Below, piece after piece: positions 1 to 7,970 of a stretch of 37,233 nucleotides of DNA (position 1 is its first letter; each line of letters starts with the position of its first letter). Under the pieces are notes generated by a model. The model did no database searches. It saw nothing but the letters and a program-made list of their open reading frames with translations, and had not been told where the DNA came from. Source of the stretch: a virus (Duplodnaviria > Caudoviricetes); the IMG/VR virus record IMGVR_UViG_3300012352_000349, positions 1 to 37,233 of that record; one strand, written 5' to 3'. The translations under genes were made by a program, and so were the position numbers.

Positions 1-55
1 AATCATGCATCATTTGTAGAGTTAACTGAAAATTTAGTTTTCGGAACAGGAGCAG
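1..55. repeat. Terminal direct repeat (left copy); circular assembly overlap
   Basis: 1-55 is identical to 37179-37233. The 55-nt length matches a common assembler k-mer, implying a unit genome of 37178 bp. Confidence 0.95.
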
Positions 56-99
56 TATCTATAGACCCATTTGGTATGATGGGATTTTTTGGAATTTAA
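1..99 (+). CDS. 3' end of the gene starting at 36585 (wraps the junction)
   Basis: Frame 1 reads NHASFVELTENLVFGTGAVSIDPFGMMGFFGI*. It is in frame with the ATG at 36585 (37179-36585 = 198 codons). Confidence 0.85.
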   Translation, partial: NHASFVELTENLVFGTGAVSIDPFGMMGFFGI

Positions 100-111
100 A
101 TTTAAAAATAT

Positions 112-357
112 ATGGCATACATTCAACCAATTACTTTCCCCTTCAAAGGTGATGCAGTTAAATTAATCGTTAGAGTTAATTCTTTTGATACACAAGTGGA
201 TACAACCTCATTGAGTTGGTCTTTACAAACTGCTGAAGGCTTCGAATGCTTAAGTGGATTATACAATATGACAATTGACGAGTTTACAGATTGGGGGCAA
301 GACAATTCTTATCTTGATAATTTAGTCGCTGCAAGTATACCTGTTATTATTGTTTAG
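112..357 (+). CDS. Hypothetical protein, probably tail-fibre associated
   Basis: 81-aa ORF with an A-rich start region, at the end of the tail fibre module. Confidence 0.65.
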   Translation: MAYIQPITFPFKGDAVKLIVRVNSFDTQVDTTSLSWSLQTAEGFECLSGLYNMTIDEFTDWGQDNSYLDNLVAASIPVIIV

Positions 358-382
358 TTTATATTTGTATCAAATTTTAAAT

Positions 383-763
383 ATGAAGTACAAAGAATTA
401 GTAAATGTAATGAATGCCATTCTTGTTAATCTTGGCAATCAAGAAACCATTGGTCAGAAAAAACTTTTTAAGATTTATGAAAAGTTAAAAGTCTACCTTG
501 ATGAGTACAAAGAAAAGTTAGAAGAGATAAAATTAAACCATGCAAGTGTTGATGAGAAGAATTTATTAATCAAAGATGATAAAGGTGAGTATAAATATAC
601 TAAGGAAGATATGAAGAAGATGATTAATAATTTTAATGTAGTAGCAGCAGAAGATTTTGATTACCAAAAAATCAATATTGTAAACATTAAAGGGTTAGAG
701 GAATACAATTTTTTAGATGGTTGGGTAACAGGAATTGAGTTTAAAAGTGATGTTGAATTGTAA
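383..763 (+). CDS. Hypothetical protein (coiled-coil; last late-module gene)
   Basis: Likely start is the ATG at 383 (MKYKELV) rather than 350. Preceded by TATATTTG at 360-367 and followed by a terminator. Confidence 0.7.
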   Translation: MKYKELVNVMNAILVNLGNQETIGQKKLFKIYEKLKVYLDEYKEKLEEIKLNHASVDEKNLLIKDDKGEYKYTKEDMKKMINNFNVVAAEDFDYQKINIVNIKGLEEYNFLDGWVTGIEFKSDVEL

Positions 764-794
764 ATAAAAAAGGCACGACAATCGGCAATATTTT

Positions 795-818
795 AGGGGG
801 CATTTTGCCCCTTTTTTT
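795..818 (+). terminator. Rho-independent terminator ending the late region
   Basis: GGGGCA-TTT-TGCCCC followed by T7. Confidence 0.85.
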
Positions 819-1037
819 ATGCATAAAAACAGGTAGTATATATATATTATTTGATATATCCTAATAATTTATCAACTTTTTAAAGCATTGATTTTCAATG
901 TTTTATGCTTTTTGCAACATAATTGCAATAAAATTTTAACATATTATAACCCATTGATTATCAATAGAGTGTAAACTATTTTTAAACTTATATATATATA
1001 TGTATTGGTATATTATTTAATTAATTAAATTGGTAAT

Positions 1038-1047
1038 AGTTCTTTGA
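1038..1047 (+). promoter_or_regulatory. boxA-like antitermination element
   Basis: AGTTCTTTGA resembles rrn/phage boxA and lies at the start of the presumed early transcript. Confidence 0.55.
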
Positions 1048-1049
1048 TA

Positions 1050-1480
1050 GTCAGTTGGCAGTAGCGGATAACATCCCCAATCAGTTGTAATAACTCAGTA
1101 TAAGGATGGTAACAAAAGCGAAGCAATTGACAACGCTCATCATTCACACCTAAAAGGGAATATAGGTGGTTAATGCATTTGATGGGCAGCAACAGGTAAC
1201 AACATAGTTAGCAGAGATGTTTACGATGAACCTACACAGGGAGAGATTCAATGTCAAGGGAGCACCAAGCAAATAGAATCGCCAAAAGGTCAAAAGCCAA
1301 ACACGCAATAAGCAAAGGTGGTGTAGGATAAACAATTTAGTCGTAAAGCCAAATTCAATAGACGTAATGAATGAGGCATGATGTTGCGAAGGTTAGTAAA
1401 TGGTAATCCTTAATTGGAAGTTTACAGAACAACGACAATGTGCAGCAGGCTGCCTAAATGTCCAAGTCATTTCATTGTCG
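1050..1480 (+). ncRNA. Putative large structured RNA / early leader
   Basis: No credible ORF, GC-richer than its flanks, with many mutually compatible nested helices (listed in findings). Confidence 0.55.
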
Positions 1481-1511
1481 CTTATTATTTAACAAACAAA
1501 AACCAAACAAC

Positions 1512-1763
1512 ATGAATTTAGTAACAGCAATTAACAAGAAACATCAGTCAGCAGTTAACAGAGCAGTTAAAGCATTAGTTCGTTACAATGTATTAAATGA
1601 TTTAAGAGACAAGGCATCAGATAGTGAAGGTGAAGATTCAAGAGAATTTAATATGAGAGACAGACAATGTGCTGCTGCCTATGATAAGTATCTTGATATT
1701 ATCGACTTACTCCCTAAAAGAGAAGTAACAAAACTTGAGAATCAAATTTTTGAATGCTGCTAA
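1512..1763 (+). CDS. Early hypothetical protein
   Basis: ATG at 1512 follows an A/C-rich leader (AAACAAAAACCAAACAAC). The track start at 1458 lies inside the RNA helix. Confidence 0.7.
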   Translation: MNLVTAINKKHQSAVNRAVKALVRYNVLNDLRDKASDSEGEDSREFNMRDRQCAAAYDKYLDIIDLLPKREVTKLENQIFECC

Positions 1764-1794
1764 TTAATTTTTTAATCAAATAAAATAAAACAAA

Positions 1795-2001
1795 ATGGAA
1801 AGTTGCACAAGAACAGAATTAGTTAACCTCCTTGCTATGAATGAATCTGCTCATGTATTTATTTATGTTTCAGATGTAAGTACTTATTGTCAAGTAGTCC
1901 TTTCATATTTTATTAGGAAGGTTGCAGAGTGCAATGTTGCTTATTGGGAATATGAAATTAGTAACACAGGAAAGTATATTTTTATCAGTGCAATTAAATA
2001 A
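1795..2001 (+). CDS. Early hypothetical protein
   Basis: 68-aa ORF with AAAACAAA-ATG start context. Confidence 0.65.
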   Translation: MESCTRTELVNLLAMNESAHVFIYVSDVSTYCQVVLSYFIRKVAECNVAYWEYEISNTGKYIFISAIK

Positions 2002-2020
2002 CAAATTAAAGCAAAACAAA

Positions 2021-2230
2021 ATGGAAACGAAATTCAAAAAGTACAAAAAAAATCTTTGTGCAGTTCAGCACATGGGTAACACTTATGTAAAAAGTAATGA
2101 TACATTAGTTGCAAGAGTTGATTACTGCAATAAAGAATTAATACAACTTGGATATTGGTCAGTAACTACACAGAAGCATATTAATTATGCAGCATCTGTT
2201 TGGGGTCTCAAACTTATAAAATCAAAATAA
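2021..2230 (+). CDS. Early hypothetical protein
   Basis: Likely start 2021 (METKFKKY) after AAAACAAA; contains WSVTTQKHINY. Confidence 0.7.
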   Translation: METKFKKYKKNLCAVQHMGNTYVKSNDTLVARVDYCNKELIQLGYWSVTTQKHINYAASVWGLKLIKSK

Positions 2231-2430
2231 TGAACTACATAAATAAACTACAAAAAGAAAATCTTGCATTGCAATTAGAAATTGAATTGATAGAGTTTGA
2301 AATACTACAAGCAATTCGTTATTACAACCTTGATAAATTTCAAGGTGTCAATAATGATTATGCTTATGTAAGTACAGATGTATTACCAAGACTAATGAAA
2401 ATTTTAAATCAAGTTAAATCAACTAAATAA
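2230..2430 (+). CDS. Early hypothetical protein
   Basis: TAATG stop/start overlap at 2228-2232 gives MNYINK. Confidence 0.65.
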   Translation: MNYINKLQKENLALQLEIELIEFEILQAIRYYNLDKFQGVNNDYAYVSTDVLPRLMKILNQVKSTK

Positions 2431-2436
2431 AACAAA

Positions 2437-2658
2437 ATGAAACACAACATGAAAGCAATTAAAGAATTGAGTAAAGAGTTAACACCCGATGAGTTTTTTA
2501 ATTTAATGGTTATTTCAACTACACAAGAAAACAGAGAGTATCATACGGCAAGAATGTTTATGGGTGGTAAAGAATTTCTCATAGGTGCTTTTGCATTTGA
2601 TGAGACAAATCAAGGTTGGCATTATTGGTATAATATTTATGAAAGATTAAAAAAATAA
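2437..2658 (+). CDS. Early hypothetical protein
   Basis: 73-aa ORF with A-rich start context. Confidence 0.65.
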   Translation: MKHNMKAIKELSKELTPDEFFNLMVISTTQENREYHTARMFMGGKEFLIGAFAFDETNQGWHYWYNIYERLKK

Positions 2659-2664
2659 ATTAAC

Positions 2665-2690
2665 AGGGGAGCAGCATCCTATCAACTGCA
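2665..2690 (+). repeat. 26-nt intergenic repeat, copy 1 (pseudoknot-like)
   Basis: AGGGGAGCAGCATCCTATCAACTGCA, identical to 3490-3515. Confidence 0.9.
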
Positions 2691-2719
2691 AATTTTTAAA
2701 ACAAATAAAAAAAAACAAA

Positions 2720-3085
2720 ATGAAAGAGCAAGTAAAAAACATCATGTACATTATCGCATCTCAAGTTAACAATCAAGTAAGTGAATCAACAGGTAGTTTA
2801 TTTACCAAAGAAGATGTCCGATTAATTATTGGTAAGATAGTTGAAGAGATAACATTAAAGGTTGATGAATTGCAAGTTGAAGAGAGTGAAGGTAAGTATA
2901 CAAAAGAGCAAATAGCAAATGCAATTTCAAGTATTGACACAGATGATATTGTGGATGTTGATTATGATTCTGCAGACCTTGAGATGAATTATGATAGACA
3001 AGTAAGTGTAAGAAGTATTGATTATAGCGTTGACACTAATCAAATTGAGTACCAAATTTTTGAAGCATTAAATAACCTTAAATAA
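2720..3085 (+). CDS. Acidic early hypothetical protein
   Basis: 121-aa ORF, D/E-rich. Confidence 0.7.
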   Translation: MKEQVKNIMYIIASQVNNQVSESTGSLFTKEDVRLIIGKIVEEITLKVDELQVEESEGKYTKEQIANAISSIDTDDIVDVDYDSADLEMNYDRQVSVRSIDYSVDTNQIEYQIFEALNNLK

Positions 3086-3093
3086 AAAACAAA

Positions 3094-3213
3094 ATGAAAG
3101 AGCAATTAATTAAATTCTATTTAGAAAATGAAAAGACAATTTTAGTAATCTTATTGTTAGTCCTTGCAGCAATAATAGGACAGGTACAAGAGAGTACACC
3201 CGAAATGAGATAA
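3094..3213 (+). CDS. Small single-pass membrane peptide (39 aa, not in the ORF track)
   Basis: MKEQLIKFYLENEKTILVILLLVLAAIIGQVQESTPEMR*. Fills an intergenic gap and shares its start context with the 2720 gene. Confidence 0.6.
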   Translation: MKEQLIKFYLENEKTILVILLLVLAAIIGQVQESTPEMR

Positions 3214-3242
3214 GCAATTAATAACAATTTAAATTTTAAATA

Positions 3243-3482
3243 ATGCAACACGATGAATTTAAAGCAACTATGAATATGTCTTTTATGATTGGTTATTACC
3301 AAGGATTACTAAAAGGTATACTTGAAGAAATCAAAGACGGCAATACTGATTATGTAATGGGTGAGTTTATGACTAACAGGATTGAGAAAACTTTATTCAC
3401 CTGCGATAGAATATGGAAAGAGCGTTATTTTAAAAAGCATGATGAGGTGCTTGCAGAAATAGATTCAGAAAAAATTAAATAA
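3243..3482 (+). CDS. Early hypothetical protein
   Basis: 79-aa ORF. Confidence 0.65.
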   Translation: MQHDEFKATMNMSFMIGYYQGLLKGILEEIKDGNTDYVMGEFMTNRIEKTLFTCDRIWKERYFKKHDEVLAEIDSEKIK

Positions 3483-3489
3483 TAAACAA

Positions 3490-3515
3490 AGGGGAGCAGC
3501 ATCCTATCAACTGCA
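3490..3515 (+). repeat. 26-nt intergenic repeat, copy 2
   Basis: Identical to 2665-2690. Confidence 0.9.
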
Positions 3516-3542
3516 TTTTTAAATCAATTAAATTAAAACAAA

Positions 3543-4385
3543 ATGAAGTACAATTCAAGAAAGCCTTTGAGCCAAGACAATGTTTACACAGATGTAGTAT
3601 TGAAGCCAACACAAGAGATAACAGGTATGCCTTCAACATCAAGGTTAGCAAATGCAGTTATCAGTAATGGCAAGTTAGTAAATGTAGTATCAGACAGGTA
3701 TGCATTAATTGAGAATCAGCAGTTGTATACTGCAGTAGAAGAAAAACTAATTAATGCTGATGTTGAATATAAAACATCTTCCTACAATAAGAATGACTGC
3801 TCATTTGCAGTTGATTATATTCTTGACAATGGTACTCAGCGAATAGGTGATAAGGATATAATACAACCTTTGTTCCGCTTTACTAATTCATACGATGGTA
3901 CTTGTAAGACACATGGCTCGTTTGGTTTGTTTAGACAAGTGTGCAGTAATGGTTTGCATATTGCAGTTAGTGAAATTGAATTCAACTTTAAGCATACTAA
4001 AAATAATGCAGCAGTTATGATGCCGAGGATTGATGAATTGATTAAGCATTATCTTGAAACTGAGTATTATGAATTAAATAAAAAGATAAATCGTTTATCT
4101 GAAGTAGTAATAGACCCTGTAATGTTTACAAAGGATTTATGCGAAAGGAGTAAATTGTTTTCTTATGAAAAGAATAAACGTAATACAGAGGTAAGTGATT
4201 ATGCTAATCATGTTATCCATACTATATTTTCTGAATCAGCAATACTAGAGGTTCAACCTTCTGCATGGCTTGGGTATAATGCATTCAATGAAGTCCTGCA
4301 TAACCAATTGAACTATACATTTAATGTTAAGCAGGAGAAGGATGCTGACTTATTTAGTATTGTGTATAGCGACTATGTTGGATAA
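3543..4385 (+). CDS. DUF932-family protein
   Basis: VVSDRY, NSYDG and FRQVCSNGL motifs typical of DUF932. Confidence 0.8.
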   Translation: MKYNSRKPLSQDNVYTDVVLKPTQEITGMPSTSRLANAVISNGKLVNVVSDRYALIENQQLYTAVEEKLINADVEYKTSSYNKNDCSFAVDYILDNGTQRIGDKDIIQPLFRFTNSYDGTCKTHGSFGLFRQVCSNGLHIAVSEIEFNFKHTKNNAAVMMPRIDELIKHYLETEYYELNKKINRLSEVVIDPVMFTKDLCERSKLFSYEKNKRNTEVSDYANHVIHTIFSESAILEVQPSAWLGYNAFNEVLHNQLNYTFNVKQEKDADLFSIVYSDYVG

Positions 4386-4394
4386 TTTTTAAAT

Positions 4395-4430
4395 AAATAA
4401 GTGGAGGTTAATAAATGCCTCCACTTATTT
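4395..4430. terminator. Strong hairpin; terminator or processing site
   Basis: Perfect 13-bp stem AAATAAGTGGAGG / CCTCCACTTATTT; only a short U-tract. Confidence 0.6.
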
Positions 4431-4475
4431 CCTCACGTTATAAACAATCATTAACTTTAAACAAATAAACACAAG

Positions 4476-5060
4476 ATGAAGACAATTAAAATCAAAGGCA
4501 AGGATTATGTTCCTGTAAACGAAAGAATTCTTTATTTAAAAAACAATTGCGACTATTCAATCACAACAGAGCATTGGTATTATCCCGAAAGATTAATGTG
4601 GGTAGTCAAAGCAACTTTAAGAATTGATGAAAATTATTATACAGGTCTTGCACAAGAAATTGAGAGTAGCAATTACAGAGATGTTAACCATACATCAGCA
4701 TTAGAGAATGCAGAAACATCAGCAGTAGGTCGTGCTTGTGCTATGGCAGGTATAGGTATTGAAACAGGTATAGCATCAGCAGATGAAGTCAACAAAGCAT
4801 TAAACAGAATTAAAGAGCCTGTTGATGAAGTAGGTGATGAGAAGAGAATGTATCTGTTAACGCTTCTTGAGAATACAACTTATGATGAAGTTGCAAAAGA
4901 TAGATTAGCAAGTAGGATTGAGGAGATAAAATTGCAAGTTGATTATGATAAGGCATTGCTTAATCTTGAGATGAATGCAATACAAGATAAGGACAGGATA
5001 GCAATGGGTATGCCATACAATCAATCTGATATAACTAAACATTTAAAAAACTTGTCGTAA
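4476..5060 (+). CDS. Rad52/Sak-like single-strand annealing protein
   Basis: KGKDYVPVNERI and ENAETSAVGRA...GIG motifs; located in the recombination module. Confidence 0.7.
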   Translation: MKTIKIKGKDYVPVNERILYLKNNCDYSITTEHWYYPERLMWVVKATLRIDENYYTGLAQEIESSNYRDVNHTSALENAETSAVGRACAMAGIGIETGIASADEVNKALNRIKEPVDEVGDEKRMYLLTLLENTTYDEVAKDRLASRIEEIKLQVDYDKALLNLEMNAIQDKDRIAMGMPYNQSDITKHLKNLS

Positions 5061-5263
5061 TGAAAACTCCAATACAAAGATTAATTGAAATTCACAACAC
5101 ACTACCTCCGCACCACTTCCATGCATACTTCAATGAGATGAAAGAAGTATTTACTTTAATTGAAAAAAATATAATTGAAGATGCATTTTGGGGTGGCAAA
5201 GATAACCATAGCAATACAGGAATTGATTACTACAATAAAATACATAGCAATGAAGTCAAATAA
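5060..5263 (+). CDS. Hypothetical protein
   Basis: 67-aa ORF, TAATG-coupled to the upstream gene. Confidence 0.65.
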   Translation: MKTPIQRLIEIHNTLPPHHFHAYFNEMKEVFTLIEKNIIEDAFWGGKDNHSNTGIDYYNKIHSNEVK

Positions 5264-5624
5264 AGAGTACGAAGAATTATATCAAAGGATGCTTAATTAT
5301 TTATCAGAGCAACCTAACCCAAATGATTATGAATACCTTTTGGGAAGATTAGGAAAGTTGGGAATATTGCTTGCAAAGAGTGGTGAGTATTTAACTGAAT
5401 GTCAATATCAAATAGATTCAGTCATTGATATTGAGTGTAAAGTAAATATTGAGTTGCTTGATAAATTTTCTGCATCAACTTTTAACATGATGGTTAAAGC
5501 AAAGGCAAGAGATTGGACAAGGCTTAAGACAGGTTTTGAGAAATGTAATAGTACTGCAGTACATCAGATTGATGCAATAAGAAGTATGTTATCATTTGAG
5601 AAAGCAAAAATGAATCTTGTTTGA
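5250..5624 (+). CDS. Helical hypothetical protein (recombination module)
   Basis: Likely start is the ATG at 5250 (MKSNKEY). Confidence 0.65.
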   Translation: MKSNKEYEELYQRMLNYLSEQPNPNDYEYLLGRLGKLGILLAKSGEYLTECQYQIDSVIDIECKVNIELLDKFSASTFNMMVKAKARDWTRLKTGFEKCNSTAVHQIDAIRSMLSFEKAKMNLV

Positions 5625-5685
5625 AGATTAGGCATCATTAATTTATATCCTTTAATAAATATAGAATCAATTAAATTTAAATCAA

Positions 5686-5925
5686 ATGGAAAAGAGTAAA
5701 CCGAATTATGCAAAAGGCATTTTTTTAACTAAAAGAAAAAGCAAAGCAGGTAAGCAATTTTTAGAGTTATCAATTGCAAAAGGAGATAGGCAGTATGATA
5801 AATACTTATGTTTTGAATCTGACAAGTCAGACCAATTCGGTAATCAAGTATTTAGTATCATTGTTAAAGAACCATTGCAGGATAGTAACAATAAAGATGT
5901 CAGCAAGGAGGACTTACCTTTCTAA
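5686..5925 (+). CDS. Putative single-stranded DNA-binding protein
   Basis: Beta-rich 79-aa protein with the acidic C-terminal EDLPF tail; close to the SSAP gene. Confidence 0.6.
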   Translation: MEKSKPNYAKGIFLTKRKSKAGKQFLELSIAKGDRQYDKYLCFESDKSDQFGNQVFSIIVKEPLQDSNNKDVSKEDLPF

Positions 5926-6317
5926 TGAATAAAGATATACAATCACTCATAAGGAAGCATGAGTTAATGATATCTCATCTAAAGAAATTATTGAATAATG
6001 ATGAGGTGATTATTAGAGCAAGAGATTTTTATTGCAATGCTGATATTATTCTTGATGTAGTAAATAAAAATTTCAATTGCAATGCATTGGAGAGAACAAG
6101 AAAACACCCTAATGTATTCGCAAGACATTTTTTATGTTACCTGTTACAGGAGCATACAAGAATGACATTAACTCAAATTGCTTTCTATATAGGTCTTGCA
6201 GACCATAGTTCAGTTATCAATGGTATTAAACAAACACATAATCTAATAGCAACTGATGAGTATTTCCGTAAAGTATATTCAGACATAAAATATATTCTGC
6301 AAGAAAATAAGTTGTAG
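5925..6317 (+). CDS. DnaA C-terminal (domain IV)-like HTH protein
   Basis: R...VFARHFLCYL...TLTQIA...DHSSVINGIK resembles the Bac_DnaA_C signature. Confidence 0.75.
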   Translation: MNKDIQSLIRKHELMISHLKKLLNNDEVIIRARDFYCNADIILDVVNKNFNCNALERTRKHPNVFARHFLCYLLQEHTRMTLTQIAFYIGLADHSSVINGIKQTHNLIATDEYFRKVYSDIKYILQENKL

Positions 6318-6325
6318 TATATTTG
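6318..6325 (+). promoter_or_regulatory. Bacteroidota-type -7 promoter box for the replication operon
   Basis: TATATTTG fits TAnnTTTG. The context GTAGTATATTTGT recurs at 8540-8552. Confidence 0.65.
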
Positions 6326-6328
6326 TAG

Positions 6329-6416
6329 TGAAGTGTGCAGACTTCAATCAATTAAATTTATTTAACCTTATTGGGGGATGTCCTGCACGACTGAACCCGA
6401 TAAGGTTATTTTTTTT
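6329..6416 (+). promoter_or_regulatory. Structured leader/attenuator with complementary loops
   Basis: Hairpin TGAAGT-GTGCAG-ACTTCA, then a long hairpin at 6363-6408 with loop CTGCAC, then T8 directly before the ATG at 6417. Confidence 0.7.
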
Positions 6417-7097
6417 ATGGAACAAAATTGGGCAATAGTTATCCCTGCTAAATATGTTTTATCTAAAGACATAAGCAGTACACAAAAGTTATTGATAGGA
6501 ATAGTAAGCGGTTTAAGTAATGTACATGGTTATTGCTATGCAAGTAATGATTATTTATCTAATTGTTTAGACATAAGCAAAATGACTGCAAGTATTTTAA
6601 TTAATGACTTAGCAAAGAAAAAGTATATTGAAATTAGTTTTAGATATAAGAAAGGTAGCAAAGAAATTGAATGCAGAATAATTAAACTTATATTAGACCT
6701 ATCTAATAATATCAATATACCCATATTAGAAAAACCTGTTGATGTATCTGATAATTATGATATACCCATATTAGAAAACCCAAAGGATAATATATATCAT
6801 AATAAAATACATAATAAAATAAATAAACACCCAACCCAAGATGAAGTTATAAGTTACTTCATAGAGAAGGGTAGTACACAGGAACAAGGTATAAAGGCAT
6901 TTGAGTATTATGATGTAGCAGGGTGGAAAGATAGTAGAGGTAAGCAAGTTAAGAATTGGAAACAAAAGATGTTAGCAGTTTGGATAAATAATTCAATTAA
7001 TCAAAATAAAAAATCAGACTATGAACAAAGAGTTAATCACGCAACAAGTCTCATCAATTGGGCAGAGCAACAAGATAGAGCAAATGGAATTATCTGA
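6417..7097 (+). CDS. Replication initiator / replisome organiser (N-terminal HTH)
   Basis: GYCYASNDYL HTH_36-like N-terminus, internal iterons, and C-terminal YYDVAGWKD...VKNWK domain. The start at 6417 is preferred to 6378. Confidence 0.8.
   Translation: MEQNWAIVIPAKYVLSKDISSTQKLLIGIVSGLSNVHGYCYASNDYLSNCLDISKMTASILINDLAKKKYIEISFRYKKGSKEIECRIIKLILDLSNNINIPILEKPVDVSDNYDIPILENPKDNIYHNKIHNKINKHPTQDEVISYFIEKGSTQEQGIKAFEYYDVAGWKDSRGKQVKNWKQKMLAVWINNSINQNKKSDYEQRVNHATSLINWAEQQDRANGII
6700..6825. repeat. Putative replication origin: iterons plus AT-rich tract
   Basis: ATATACCCATATTAGAAAA at 6715-6733 and 6760-6778 (45-bp period), then CATAATAAAATA twice at 6798-6821. Confidence 0.7.
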
Positions 7098-7740
7098 CTT
7101 CAATCAAGCAAGGAGTAGTAGCAAAATAAAAGATGCAACACTTGTTGATATTGTGAAGACATTAGAGAAGGGAATGTTATTGCTTGGTATTAAGGGTTCT
7201 AATTTGCCTGACTCACCTACAATGCAATACATGATTACTGAAGTTAAAAGTCAGTATAGTGGATTGAGAATTGGTGAGTTGATGTTAGCATTTCAATTAG
7301 CATCAAGAGGTAAGTTAGATTTTGAAGTTGAGACCTATCAAAACTTTTCAGTACTTTATCTAAACAGAATGGTAAGTGCTTATCATAGATGGGCAATCAA
7401 GCAAGTGCATCAATTACCCGAAAAGAAAACTTTGCCTCCTGCAACAAGTGTAACTGATGAAGAGATTGTTCAAATGTCAATGGACAATTACAAGAAGACT
7501 AGAAACAGGATGCAAATATTTATGGCATTAAGGGCATTTGAGATTTTACACAAGGAAGGTAAGATAAATTTTAAACCCGAAATAGTTATACACGAAACAA
7601 CAAAGTATTTAAAAAGTCAAATAGTAGACAGGGCAACAAAAAAAGAAATAGAAGAAATATTGCAAGATGAAGACATGATGGAAATGTCTTGCAGGAGAGT
7701 AGCATTAAGTATGTATTTTGATAACCAACTAAATAAATAA
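7021..7740 (+). CDS. Replication-associated protein (possible helicase loader)
   Basis: Function inferred from position directly after the initiator only. Start could be 7021 or 7084. Confidence 0.5.
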   Translation: MNKELITQQVSSIGQSNKIEQMELSDFNQARSSSKIKDATLVDIVKTLEKGMLLLGIKGSNLPDSPTMQYMITEVKSQYSGLRIGELMLAFQLASRGKLDFEVETYQNFSVLYLNRMVSAYHRWAIKQVHQLPEKKTLPPATSVTDEEIVQMSMDNYKKTRNRMQIFMALRAFEILHKEGKINFKPEIVIHETTKYLKSQIVDRATKKEIEEILQDEDMMEMSCRRVALSMYFDNQLNK

Positions 7741-7742
7741 AT

Positions 7743-7955
7743 ATGAAACTATCAGATGCAATTTATTATGTAGACATGATTAAAGAAAAGTTGAAGCATA
7801 GAGAAAGAGAAGCAATTGATTTGGTTTTGGAGACATTGCAGTCAAATGTTAATGTTGATGAATGGGATAGGGAGTATGAATTAGATACTCCTATGTGTAT
7901 TCATTGTAGTGGAAATGGTTGTGCCTCATGCAAGTATACAGGTGACGATTATTAA
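7743..7955 (+). CDS. Small Cys-rich hypothetical protein
   Basis: C-terminal CIHCSGNGCASCKYTG, a DnaJ-like zinc knuckle pattern. Confidence 0.65.
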   Translation: MKLSDAIYYVDMIKEKLKHREREAIDLVLETLQSNVNVDEWDREYELDTPMCIHCSGNGCASCKYTGDDY

Positions 7956-7970
7956 TTTAAAAAAAAAGAA

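Noticed and set aside
1-55. Biological direct terminal repeat
   Set aside because: It falls in the middle of a gene and its length equals a common assembler k-mer, so it is most likely an assembly overlap.
836-1001. (AT)n runs as functional repeats
   Set aside because: Low-complexity sequence in an AT-rich intergenic region, with no further support.
1150-1335. 61-aa minus-strand ORF
   Set aside because: Against the otherwise uniform + strand orientation, atypical composition, and the region is better explained as structured RNA.
1050-1480. tRNA, tmRNA or self-splicing intron
   Set aside because: No cloverleaf or T-loop signature, no interrupted host gene, and no recognisable group I or II core motifs by eye.
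2665-3515. CRISPR array interpretation of the 26-nt repeat
   Set aside because: Only two copies, 825 bp apart, separated by protein-coding genes; no cas genes.
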